64,000 nucleotides of DNA, taken from positions 26,964,647 to 27,028,646 of the forward strand of contig NC_081387.1 in the NCBI RefSeq assembly GCF_030684315.1, read 5' to 3'. The translations under genes were made by a program, and so were the position numbers. Within the stretch, counting starts at the first letter, position 1. Every line of letters begins with the position of its first letter. Origin of the DNA: Stegostoma tigrinum. Lineage: Eukaryota. Of the stretch, positions 1 through 10,902 are shown one piece after another. The notes under the pieces are model-generated. The model saw only the letters and a program-made list of their open reading frames with translations. It did not search any database and had not been told where the DNA came from.

Positions 1-1894
1 AAGACAGTGACTTTCTGGGCGATCGCTGAGGTCATTGAAGAGCTCAACTCCATTTGCTGTGGGTTTGGAATCACATGTCGCTCATGCAAACAAACAATGG
101 CAGATTTCCTCCCATAAAGTGAACCAAGGTTACACATCAATGCACAATAGTTGAGTGGCTTCCATTACACAGTCGAACTTTGAGTGTGTGTTCCCCAGAG
201 TATTAACGTCTGGATTAATAATCCAGTAATATTATCACTATATCACCATTTTTCTCCCAGTTGAACTGAGTGCCCTTTTAACCTTTTCAAAGGGCAGCTA
301 CCATTCTTCCCTCCTCCTTTGTTTTTACGTGGTAGCTGAGTGAATTGAACAGGCAATTCAAAGGGAAGCTTCGAGTCAACACATTGCTGTGGTTCTGGAG
401 TTCCATTAAGGTCAGGTAGGGGCAGCACATTTCACATTAGTGTACCTGCTAAGTTTTTGCACAATCTATATTAAGCCATGGTCACCTTTTCTTCCTTTCA
501 GTTTCAAGAATTATTAATGAAATTTAGCATATACAAGCGCTGAGTTAGGATTTCAAGCCATGCCTGAGAGTATTAATCCAGAATTTCCAAAACACTAGCT
601 GCTTTAAATACAATCTTCAATCAGAGCCTCCCTCGCGTTAATTTTTATTTTTTAAAATCCTTTATTCATTCATGAATTTAGGCATCATTGGCGAGACCAA
701 CATTTATAGTTCATCCCTAATTTGCCCTTGAGCTGAATGGCTTAATCAGCAAGGTTAACTTTCTTTCTCCCCTTTATTCCTTCATAATGACTGAATGACC
801 CTTTCAGCCCTGTGAAAAGACATTGAAAAGCCAACTCCATTATTGTGGGTCAAGAATTGCATTAACTGGACTAAATATGAAAGGTAGATCTTCTTTACTG
901 AAGGATGCTAGTGGACCAGACAATTTTTAAATTTAAATACAACAATTAACAATAATCAGATAGTTACTATTAGGCTAACATTTTAAATCCACATTTTTTA
1001 GAACAAATTCAAATGCTACTGTCCAATGCCATTCAAACCTATGTCTTCTTAACATTAGCCTGGGATTTCTGGATTGGTACTAGTCCAATGGCATTACCAT
1101 GAACAAACAACACCGATGAGCAATTTCAGATTTTTAATAGATTGAGTTGAAATTTTACCATCCACCAGATGGGACTAGAACCTATGTCTCCAGAACTGTA
1201 CTTCAAATAATAGTGAGCCTCTAGAATTCTCCACCACAACTGCCTGTGGAGGCCAGGCCACTTAAAATATTTGAGGAAGAGATAAATAATCTTTGAGATT
1301 TTAAAGACGTCAAGGGGTGTGGGAGAAAACAGAGATATAACCTTGAGCTAGAGGATCAGCCATGATCCTATTGAATGATGGACAGCAGGCTCGAGGGGCC
1401 GAATGGCCTACTCCTGCTCTTACTTTCAATGTTTCCATGAACCAAGGTGTCAGGATTGCTCCCAGTCTAGTGATATTGTCATGAGCAAAATATCACTGAC
1501 GACTAATTTCAGATGCTTATTGAATTGAATTTAAATTGTACCAGGTCCCAGTGTAGGATTAGAAACCGAGTCTCCTACAGCATGAGGCTGCAGTGTCTGG
1601 ATTGCTCCCAGTCCAGTGACAGTACCGAATATTACTGACCACCAGTTGAAGGTTTGCGATGAATCGGGATTCAAATCGGTCAGACCCCCGGGGTAGATTT
1701 GAAACAGTGCTTCTAGAGCGTGGAACTGGGATTTCCAGTCCAGCGGCATTGCCACGTTAATTAAATTGAGTTTAAATTCTATCAGGTCCCGGAGTCGGAC
1801 TCGAACTCGTATCTCCATGAGCGCTGGTGCCTGGGCAGGGAGACTCGTACCATTCCCGTTCTGCCACCATCACCCCTCCCTCGCATTTAAAGGA

Positions 1895-1927
1895 GTCTCC
1901 ATTGCGCCCGCCCCAAGTCTTTAAATA
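1895..1927 (+). promoter_or_regulatory. Promoter of gene A: shared GTCTCCATTGCGCCCGCCC element plus TATA-like TTTAAATA
   Basis: Motif at 1895-1913 is 18/19 identical to the motif upstream of gene B (6176-6194, minus strand). TTTAAATA at 1920-1927 lies 47 nt before the ATG. Confidence 0.7.
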
Positions 1928-1974
1928 GGACGAGGAGGGACAGCGGCGGCTCAGTCTGCCTGAATGCAGAGACC

Positions 1975-2493
1975 ATGCCGAAGGCTCCCCGAGCCTGGGC
2001 CGGCAACCCGGCGGCCAGGAGGCAGCAACAGCAGCCTCCTTCGCCTCAGCAGCGGCAGCAACAACAGAAGCAGCTGCGGCCTGACCGTCGCCAGCGGCGG
2101 CAGGAGGTGCGGATCTCGCAGCTGATCCTCCAGGCGCTGTCGGCCCGCAAGCAGCGGGGCGCCCTGTCGCTCAACTCCCTCCGCAAGGCGCTGCTGGACA
2201 GCGGCTACGACGTGGAGCGCAACAAGAACCGGGTGCAGCTGGCCATCCAGAACTTAGTCAGCAGCGGCTCGCTGGTACAGACCACGGCCACCGGCTCTCT
2301 CAAGCTCGGCGCCTGCCACAAGCAGGAGGCCGAACCACCTCCAGGGGCGGAGCCGCCGACAACCACGTCCCTAATCCCAGCCAAAGAAGGGAGTGTTTCT
2401 GCCTGCGCCAGGGACGAAGCTCAGCCACCCAATAAGAAACCCCGCAGGAGACGGGTCACGAGGAAGTCAAGGACGAAGAAGACTAGGAAGTGA
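1975..2493 (+). CDS. Histone H1-derived, protamine-like basic protein A (172 aa)
   Basis: Intronless ATG ORF. It has an H1 winged-helix-like segment ISQLILQALSARKQRGALSLNSLRKALLDSGYDVERNKNRVQLAIQNLVSSGSLVQT, a Q/R-rich N-terminus and a basic C-end (about 23 R, 14 K). TATA-like box upstream and histone stem-loop downstream. Confidence 0.85.
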   Translation: MPKAPRAWAGNPAARRQQQQPPSPQQRQQQQKQLRPDRRQRRQEVRISQLILQALSARKQRGALSLNSLRKALLDSGYDVERNKNRVQLAIQNLVSSGSLVQTTATGSLKLGACHKQEAEPPPGAEPPTTTSLIPAKEGSVSACARDEAQPPNKKPRRRRVTRKSRTKKTRK

Positions 2494-2543
2494 GCAGAGA
2501 ACAATCCCATTTTTTTTCTCTTTTCACGACTCTGAACACAAAC

Positions 2544-2559
2544 GGCTCTTTTGAGAGCC
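2544..2559 (+). terminator. Histone 3' stem-loop (gene A)
   Basis: AAC-GGCTCT TTTG AGAGCC-ACAAA, 50 nt after the stop. The downstream U7 element is weak. Confidence 0.9.
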
Positions 2560-3441
2560 ACAAACTCTCCCCAGACAAAAGTAGGTACCGGTCTCTCACG
2601 TCCATCTAAATGTAAACTCATAAGTCCACTAAAATAACACCCTATACAAACTTTATACCTGCACTGAACTAAAGGAAAGCCTCTGTCAAAGTTGAGGACT
2701 TGGCGAGAGGGTGTACATTTAATGATTCCTAATACTTTCAGGGGAACCTCGCTGTGCTTCTTCGTATCTGCTTCAAAGCAATAGGACAGGTAGATAAGGT
2801 GGTTAAGAAAGCATACGGGATTATTGCTTTTATTTGTGAAGGCAAAGACGGCAAGAGTTTCTCATAAAGCTATGTGTATTGCTAATTAGACCACAGCCAG
2901 GAGCACTGTGTGCAGTTCTGGTTACCATGCTATAAGGAGGACGTGATTACCTGAAGAGGGTCCAGGGGAGGATCATCAGGATGTTCCCTGGGTTGGAGCA
3001 TTTTAACAATGAAGTGAGACTAAGTAGGCGAAATAAAAACCAAAAGATTTGTGGATGTTGGAAATCAGAAACAAAAATAATTCTTTAAAATAGCAAAATA
3101 CAAGCAAAGCACTGAGGATGTGGAATAAAAACAAAGTGCTGGAGAAACACAGGTTTAGCAACGTCCATGGAGAGAAACAAGGTTAACGTTTCCAGTTCAG
3201 GATGACTTCTTTAGAACTCTAGGCAACTTCATTTCTCTCTCCACAGATGCTGCCAGCTGAGTTTCTCCAATGTTTTAATTTTTGATCTTCTAACATTCTC
3301 AATTTGTTTTCTTTTAAATTTCACTATCTGATGAATAAATACTGTACTTTAAATGGAATATGTTGCAGGTTTGTGGAGAATGGCATTAATTTTTCACATC
3401 ATTTTCACCAGTGGTGCAGGGCCAAATCCTAATTCTACCAA

Positions 3442-3627
3442 CAAGGTGCAGAGCTGGATGTGTGTGAACACAACAGGCCAGGCAGCATCAGAGGAGCAGG
3501 AAAGCCGTCGTTTTAGGTCTGGACTCCTCTGCAGCTTTCCTGCTCCTCTGATGCTGCCTAACTGGCTGTGTTCATCCAGCTCTTCACCTTGTACCTCAGA
3601 ATCCAGCATCAGCAATTACTACTATCT
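3442..3627. mobile_element. Short Penelope-derived hairpin insertion with 13-bp TSD
   Basis: CTAATTCTACCAA at 3429-3441 and 3628-3640 flanks imperfect inverted arms of the Penelope terminal repeat. Confidence 0.65.
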
Positions 3628-4850
3628 CTAATTCTACCAAAATGATGAAGGCGCTAGGCCCAAAACGTCAGGTTTTGTGCTCCTAAGATGCTGCTTGGCC
3701 TGCTGTGTTCATCCAGCTCCACACTTTGTTATCTCGGATTCTCCAGCATCTGCAGTCCCCATTATCTCTGTTTTCATAGAGGGATATGGGTCAAATGCTG
3801 GAAAATGGGACGAGATTAATTTGGGATATCTGGTCGGCATGGACGAGTTGAACCGAAGGGTCTGTTTATACATAGTACAATGCAAAAGGAAGTTTTCACT
3901 GCACTAGCCTGGAATATCAGCCCAGTTCTACCCTCCACAAAACTTTTTTTAAGCTGTTGTCATTCTGGTCCTAACAGTTTAAAGAAAGGAGATCGTGGAT
4001 CAATTAAAGCTTGGCCAGCCACCCTGTCCCATCCCCTTTTACGTTCAACATTTTATTTTCCGCCCCTAGTTGCCTTTGAGAAGGTGGTGATGAGCTGCTT
4101 TCTTGTGAAATAATTTTATGGGTCATTGTGGAACACGATAAAGATAGGCTCTTAAAGAAAACCATCAATTTAAATAAATCCCAAACCGGCTAACTTCATG
4201 ATCAGTTGATGCAATACTGGACAATCTTGTTCAGCGAAAATTGGCATATAAAATAAATCGCCAGTGAAATAGCTTTATGATCTCTGTGGAACACAAGGTA
4301 GTAGACTATTAAATCAGCGAGTTCAGCAAATCCCTAAAACAACTTTCTGATCTGGTATGTTCACTACTTGTGATTTTCTAAAAGATAAATAAATAAATCC
4401 TGTGTAGAACGGCTGTTTAGTTTTCGTGAAAAATGAGTCTGTGTTCCGTGTCTCAGGGCTGGAATTGCACTCTGGCATAATAAAACTAGTGGAGATCTGA
4501 AACAAAAGCAGAAATTGCTGGATAAACCCAACAGGTCTGGCAGCATCTGTGGAAAAATCAAGTTAACGCTTCGGGTCGAATGACTCTTCCTCAAAAATGA
4601 TGTTGCCAGACCTGCTGAGATTATCCAACGATTCCTGGTTTTTGTTGGTGCTTTTCAGCATTCGCCGTTCTTTCAGCTTTCCAAAAGAAAACCAATTTCT
4701 AGAGGAGCTCAGCTCAGCACCTCTGTCCGTACCTGTGAAAAAAAGCAAGAGTTAACGTTTCGATTTCATTGACTCTCCTTCAGAATTTCGGTGTGTTCTG
4801 ATTTCTGTGATAAGACGAAGCGGGAGAATAACGCGTTGAGTGGAGGTGAG

Positions 4851-4892
4851 CCAGCTCTTTCTAGCCGCGGTGTGGTGGCTCTGAAAAGAGCC
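4851..4892 (-). terminator. Histone 3' stem-loop plus U7 histone downstream element (gene B)
   Basis: Minus strand GGCTCTTTTCAGAGCC (4877-4892), then ACCAC, then AAAGAGCTGG (4851-4860). Confidence 0.93.
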
Positions 4893-4970
4893 GTTTGTAC
4901 AGGAGACAGAGGTGAGGGCGTCAGACCGCTCCATCCTCTCCCCCGGAAATAATCGGTTGAACGGGGCGTC

Positions 4971-5945
4971 TCAGTATTTCCTCTGGCGGGCAGCCAACCT
5001 CTTCCCCCGGGATCCCCGCGGCTTGCCGCGGGAGGTGCCGTACCCGGGCAGCTTCCGGCCGCGATGCCGAGCCGCCGGCTTGTACTTAGCGTAGAGCCGG
5101 GCAGGCCTGCGGGTGGGAGCCGAGTAGTAATAGTAGTGGGTGGCAGCAGCGGCGGAGGTGCCGGAGCTGCTTTTCAGGCGGGCGGTCTTGGCCGGGCCCC
5201 GGCGGCCGGTGAAGCGCGGTTTGCGACGGCCTCCTCGTCCTCCGTTGCGGCGGTAGCGGGCTCGGTACTGCTGCTGGCGGCGTCGAACAGTGACCTTCCG
5301 ACCCTTGGACCCTGCTCCCGTCCATGCTCCTCCTTCGGAGGCGGCAGCGGCGTCTTTGCGCCGGGTGTATTTCTTCCGGAGCCGGGCCGGTGGCGATCTC
5401 CGGGAGACGGGGTGTTGGCGCTGGCGTTTGGCCGCCCGTTTCTTCTTGGCTTTGTCCTTCCTGGATCCTCCGCCGCCTCCTGCTCCTCCACCGCCCACCG
5501 CGCCCCGGTTCAAGCGGAACGAGCCCGAGGCCCCGATGCCCGCCGTCTGCACCAGGGAGCCTTTGAGGACCAGGTTCTTCACCGTCTGGTTGACCCGCGT
5601 GTTGTTGCGGCTCACGTCGCAGCCCTTGGCCGACAGAGCCTTCTTGAGGGCGGCCAGCGAGATGCCGCGCCGCTCCTTGGTGGCGGCCGCCACGTGGAGG
5701 ATCTGCTCGGCCATGGTAGGACCCCCCTTGCGGCGCTGCGCTAAGCGAGGCCGGAGCTGCTGCTGAGACTGCTGCGGCTGCTGTAGGTTCTGCTGCTGCG
5801 GGGACTGCTGCTGCTGGTTTTGCTTCCTTTTTTTCTTGCCCGCCGCCTTCTCGGCGCCCGTTCGAGGCTGAGAGCCGGGTGGCGTATCCCCTCCACCCGC
5901 GGCCGACTCGCCGGCGTCGTCCGCCTTCTGGCTGCCGTCAGCCAT
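4971..5945 (-). CDS. Histone H1-derived, protamine-like basic protein B (324 aa)
   Basis: Best-conserved H1 globular domain here: AEQILHVAAATKERRGISLAALKKALSAKGCDVSRNNTRVNQTVKNLVLKGSLVQTAGIGASGSFRLN. Q-rich N-terminus and a long R/G/Y-rich tail (about 49 R, 33 K, 11 Y). Stem-loop and HDE downstream. Confidence 0.9.
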   Translation of the reverse strand: MADGSQKADDAGESAAGGGDTPPGSQPRTGAEKAAGKKKRKQNQQQQSPQQQNLQQPQQSQQQLRPRLAQRRKGGPTMAEQILHVAAATKERRGISLAALKKALSAKGCDVSRNNTRVNQTVKNLVLKGSLVQTAGIGASGSFRLNRGAVGGGGAGGGGGSRKDKAKKKRAAKRQRQHPVSRRSPPARLRKKYTRRKDAAAASEGGAWTGAGSKGRKVTVRRRQQQYRARYRRNGGRGGRRKPRFTGRRGPAKTARLKSSSGTSAAAATHYYYYSAPTRRPARLYAKYKPAARHRGRKLPGYGTSRGKPRGSRGKRLAARQRKY

Positions 5946-6162
5946 GCCTTCTTCCTCCCCCCTCCGCCGATACTGGTGGCGGTCGTCGTTATTCTGGTTT
6001 CTGTCTGTATCCTCGAACTTCCTTCAATGCACGCAATGTTTAAACGTTAAAGCAATGGATAACAACAATTATAACAAGGCGACGGCGGGATGGCGCTACA
6101 AATAGCCAACTGTCGAGCTCAACGTCTGTCAAGGGAAGCCTCTACAGGCTCGGAACCGCCGC

Positions 6163-6194
6163 TTTTATAAGGCGAGGGCGGACGCAATGGAGAC
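6163..6194 (-). promoter_or_regulatory. Promoter of gene B: GTCTCCATTGCGTCCGCCC plus TATAAAA
   Basis: Minus strand reads GTCTCCATTGCGTCCGCCCTCGCCTTATAAAAG, the same architecture as gene A. Confidence 0.72.
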
Positions 6195-8140
6195 AGATCC
6201 CGCCTCCTTTCATCTCCCCTCCCTCAAATTCCTCTTCCTCCAACCCTCCATTACTGTTCTCTTCTGCCATTTAATCGCGATCCGAACTCTGCGTCTGTTC
6301 GATTTATTAATCCCGGTTCTTCCTTCACTAATCTCCTCGCCTCCTATCCTTGGTTTCTTTTTGTCCCTCGATATTTCGACAGTTTTCGTCTTTTTAACAT
6401 AGGCGCCACCCAACGTGTTGAGTTTTCTCCAGCACCTTTCTGTGTTTATTTTGGCTTCAGAAAACTATAGGTACAGCTTTTTTTTTAATAGTTGCGTGAA
6501 TGTTCAGCAAGACATCAACATGGTATTAATTCATGTGAAAATTAATACTTAAACGAATACTTCAAATAGCACCCCCATTGTTACGTTAACCGTTTAATTT
6601 TGCAACAACCAGCTACTTAGACACTGAAAAATCCAGCTGTCCATTATTGTACCTGATAAATATAATTTTAAATTAGTAATTACTGTAATCATAATGAATC
6701 ATTGAATTGAGTGTTTATAATCTTGTCGCTACTGTTTGAATGAGCGGCTGAGGCAAATTCTATCGCAGCTTTGAAAAGAGAATTAGATTTGAGCTCCTTC
6801 GAAGAAGGACAGTGAAAGAGAGAGGAATGCGATCTTCAGAGCAGTCCTCAAACAACGGACCTCAAGGCATTGTCTGTTATTTTTAATGATATAGTTGGGT
6901 GATTCTACACTAAGCATTCACGCTGTTTCTCCACATGTTTTCTGTAACTTCAGGACTCTCGTTTAATTCCGTTTCAGGACTTTCCCATTCTCTGAAAGTC
7001 TACATCTGGCTTCTTCCCTGAATATCGTTTCTTGCTGGGCGGTTTGGAATCAGCAAGGGTCAATAATATCATACGGAAATTGAATGGGCCCAAGGGTGAA
7101 GTAGGCTTGCAGAGAGGGCCACGAGGATCCAGCGGAGGAAATGGGTTCAAATGCACTGGTCTGCAGAGAGCAGGCTCGATGGTGTGAATGGCCTCCTGTC
7201 CTGTACATGACGATGATTCCGCTGGAGTATTATTTATAATTCTGGGCTCGTTGGGAAAGATTTGAAGATTACAGAAGAGCTTTAAATGATTGCTCCCAGG
7301 AATGAGAGACGGAAGGGCACATGTAATGTGCAAATGAAGTAAATGTGATGTGAGTGGGTTTTTTGTTCCACATAATGAATGATCTGGGTCTGGATTGCAC
7401 TGCCAGCAAGCGTGCTGCAGGCACGTTCAATGATGCATTCCAGAATGAAAACCATGCAGGAGCCTGGTCCTGCGCCGGGAGACGGTGTAGACACGGCGGG
7501 CCGAGCAGCCTCCTTCTCCGCTGTAACAGTACTGTGATTTTATCATGCTACCCTTCGATATCACTTTATCCCCTAACGCTTCTAATCGAAGATGAAGTTT
7601 ATGGTCGATGACTGTATTCAGATACGACGCGCCATTTTATGTGATTCAATTCTACAATTCTTTCTTATTATTCTATTTTATGACCGCTGAATCGATTCTG
7701 TTAAAATTTCAGCCAACTGGCCAAATAAAACAACAATTTGAATTGGCAGTTCCTAGAGCGCAGGTATGCAAATGATAAATCAAACTTACGAATTTAAATG
7801 AAAATGCAATTTTTTTACGGGAAGTGGAGGGAGGAATGATAACGCTCATCTCCCCAATCCTGGTTCACTCTGACCCTACGGGTTCTCTTATCTACGAATC
7901 TATTCTGATTATTTTCTACTGATGCTGTGTTTGTTTTAAACGCAGTCGCATTCAGTGACAATCCAGAATTAGATCGGCAAGTAACTCCGCCGGGATTCGG
8001 CCAGCGCGGCAAGTGGGAAGGGCGTGACGGCAGGTTGCTCCTACCCCGTCCGCCCGCGCCCTTTATCTGGGCCGCGGCCGTCGCTGCTCCGTCATTCCTT
8101 CCGCCCGCTGCTCAGGCCGGGGTCGGTGACCGATGTGGTT

Positions 8141-8679
8141 GTTGTGGAGCCTGTGATTCCCGGTTTTCGCGGTTCCAACTCCATCACTTCGCGTCTCAAG
8201 CGTTTCCGTCGTCCTCCCAACTGGCGCCAAGAAAACGACGGCCTAACGAGTGCGGCAAACGGGCTGCGGTTGCCGAGTGGATCCTGGAGGCGGGAGCCGC
8301 CACCGGGGAATGCCAGCCGCCAGCCAAACCGAAGAAAACCCCTGCGACCGCGGGATACAAATCGAGGGGCGGTCCCAGCCAACTGGACCCGTCCTATAGT
8401 ACCGTGGCTAACAAAGGCTCCTCGGTCTCCTTGCACCCGCGCCTGGTGCTGAAAAAGAACAGAGAAAGACAGACTAGAAGGGCTGGGAGCAGCGCCAGAA
8501 GTATCAGGAAAGTGCCGGCAGCAGCCAAGATCTCGAAAACCTCGACAAAAATAACTGCGAGGAGTCCCAGGAAGAAAATAAAAGCAGTGGCCAAGACGAA
8601 AAAACCGTCCAGCCGGGCGACAACGACTGGGTGCAGACTCCGGGGGAGGAAGCAGGTAACTGCGATGAAGAGAAGATAA
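8141..8679 (+). pseudogene. Probable pseudogene of an H1-like gene (locus C), paralogue of gene D at 32166-32747
   Basis: VAEWILEAGAATGECQPPAK..KKTPATAGY..ANKGS aligns with gene D and has an H1-like K/A tail with SPRK. There is no in-frame start ATG: GTT GTG GAG CCT GTG stands where D has ATG GCG GAG ACT GTG, and in a different frame from the rest. The TATA is degraded to TTTATCT. The 3' UTR closely matches gene D. Confidence 0.7.
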
Positions 8680-8712
8680 AAGTGCAGGAGCAGAGACAGT
8701 TCAATGAGAAAA

Positions 8713-8755
8713 GGCTCTTTTGAGAGCCACTCGCATTTTCGACGTGAAAGAGCTT
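8713..8755 (+). terminator. Histone 3' stem-loop plus HDE (locus C)
   Basis: GGCTCTTTTGAGAGCC at 8713-8728 and AAAGAGCTT at 8747-8755. Confidence 0.9.
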
Positions 8756-9059
8756 TCACAAGTTGGAGGCAAATAACTCAGACAATAACTGGACTGAGAA
8801 GATTTTAGTGTTTAAGTCGTAAACATATTTCATGCATCTTACGAGGACATAGGTACATCTTACTTTGTAGCGTGTGCTGATGCAGGTGTGGAAATATAGA
8901 TTAATATTTCGAGTTTGAAAGGACCTAAAAAGAATGGCCATGCTCCTTTTCGCATGTTGCTCAATGAGTATTGTCAGGACTTTTCATCAATTCCGACATG
9001 AAATCATTTACTAAATCAGACCAGTGCCTCTTTTAAGTGAATATAGGCGAACCAAAACT

Positions 9060-9490
9060 AATTCGAAAAACTCAACAGGTCTGGCAGCATCTGGAGACAG
9101 CCAGTCACCCACGGATCTGATGGTAGTCAGGAAAGTTTTTTTTTAAAACTGAAGATTGGGTGGGGATGGCTGAGTGGGCACCGAATAAGCGAAAGGCGAA
9201 GATAGCGCCCCAAGGAGAGAGATTAGCCTGGGAGGATGAGTAGCTGCTACTGGGGACTATTAGTAGCTAACGATAGAAAGTGTGTAATAGCACATGTGAT
9301 AGATAGCAAGGCCGGGTCAGTGGGTTGAGGTGAGGACATGCGAGAAGTTGCCTCAAAATCAAATATTCTTAAACTCGATGTAGGGTCCAGAAAGCCGCGG
9401 GATTTCCCAAGCGGAAAATGAGGTGGTGTTCTTCCAGCTTCGCTCGGGCTCTGCAGCAAGCCCGAGACAGATGTTGGTCAGGGAACACTG
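9060..9490 (-). mobile_element. Degenerate Penelope-like element 3' fragment
   Basis: Reverse complement resembles the KLEEQHLIF end and terminal repeat of the element at 15245-16890. Confidence 0.55.
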
Positions 9491-10328
9491 TCAGCAGTTG
9501 TTCGAGTTTTTATTCGAACAGAGACAGCGGGTAACGACAGGAGCAATCGGCGGACGCACAGATATCTTTCTTCTAATCGCTTAATGTCACTAACACCTTA
9601 TCCAATCAGAAGGTGACATTTCAGTCCCATGTAAGGTCGCGTGTATGTATATAAGATACTGTCGATACAACTGACAGGGAGGTTAGTGTCCGAGGGCGCA
9701 GTGAGGAAAATGTACTGTCTTATGTCTTTGACAGAAAGTATACCGAGGATCCGCTCAAATGTATGTAGTGTCCTGCATGAGTAGGAAATGCTTTTCGTTT
9801 TGCTACTGCAGGAAATGTCAAATTCCATTTTGTTTTGAAAATACTACACAGAGCTGCTTTAGTGTCTGTGTACGTATATTTTTTCGAATAAAGTGTATTT
9901 TTGCAATTAAAAATTTCGGTTACAGCAAAGCAGAAGGGGAAAGCCTGGGCTAATTTGATGGCCTGCTCCCCCTGAGCTGGCGCCTAATTCTTGGATTGCG
10001 AACATATCAAGGCGCATGCCTGAACGTGGGGCACAGCCAGAAGGGGCAAAAAAATCACAATGAGCTGAAAATTCTAGGTGTTTTTGTTTCAAGACCATCC
10101 ACTCGTTTGTTCCTAAAGGAGTCACATAACAATGACTTATTTTTCAGAGTGTAATCCACTGTATGTGACACAGTTGCTTCACAATGTTTACTGGTGCCCA
10201 AAGGATTGCTTATAAATCTCCTATATATCTTTCATCTGCATTTGTCTTTCAGGATAAATTTGTTCTGGATTACACAAAACAAACTACTTTTTAAAGAGTA
10301 TTACCATAAGCAAGACCTCATTATTTAG

Positions 10329-10491
10329 ATACAACAGTGTGGATCTGGAGGAACACAGCAGGCCAGGCAGCATCAGGGGAGCAGGAAAGTCGACGTTTTG
10401 AAATGCTCCTCTAATGCTTCTGGCCTGCTGTGTTTCTCCAGCTCCACATGTGTTGTCTCTGACTCCAGCATCTGCAGCTCTTGCTATCTAA
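10329..10491. mobile_element. Short Penelope-derived hairpin insertion with 12-bp TSD
   Basis: CTCATTATTTAG at 10317-10328 and 10492-10503, with inverted arms inside. Confidence 0.65.
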
Positions 10492-10902
10492 CTCATTATT
10501 TAGTTAGCGATTTTGTGGGAGGGGAAGTGCATCAGAAAAGTAGAAGATAATTGTGTCAGTTATTGAGGGCATTGGATGTAAGAACAGGAAGATGTCAGTC
10601 AGCCCCTCCAGTTTATTCAACTAGATCATTTCATTTTTCATGCACTGACCCAACATTCCTTAATACCTCGACATCAAATGATTTCTGTCTTGAGCCTGCT
10701 CAATCATTGTTCTTCAATGCCCTCTGATACTACAAAGATGGATCAGCCTCCAAGTGAAGATGCTCTTCCTCATTTTTGTCTTAAATAGCTTGCCACTTAT
10801 TCTAAGACTCTGTCTCCTGGACCTACATACCTGGGCCAAGAGAAATTACCTCTGCAAACACCCTGGATACTCTGAAAGAACTTTGTACATTTCAATCAGA
10901 TT

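Noticed and set aside
5086-5491. Frameshift origin of Arg-richness in the gene B tail (K-to-R conversion by frame change)
   Set aside because: The alternative same-strand frames shown in the ORF track are not K/A-rich H1 tails.
5064-5766. Long plus-strand ORFs (226, 158 aa) overlapping gene B
   Set aside because: Antisense shadows of a GC-rich CDS; promoter and stem-loop support only the minus-strand gene.
7927-8140. N-terminal part of the 250-aa ORF
   Set aside because: Starts at GTG and runs through the promoter-equivalent region of locus C; not H1-like.
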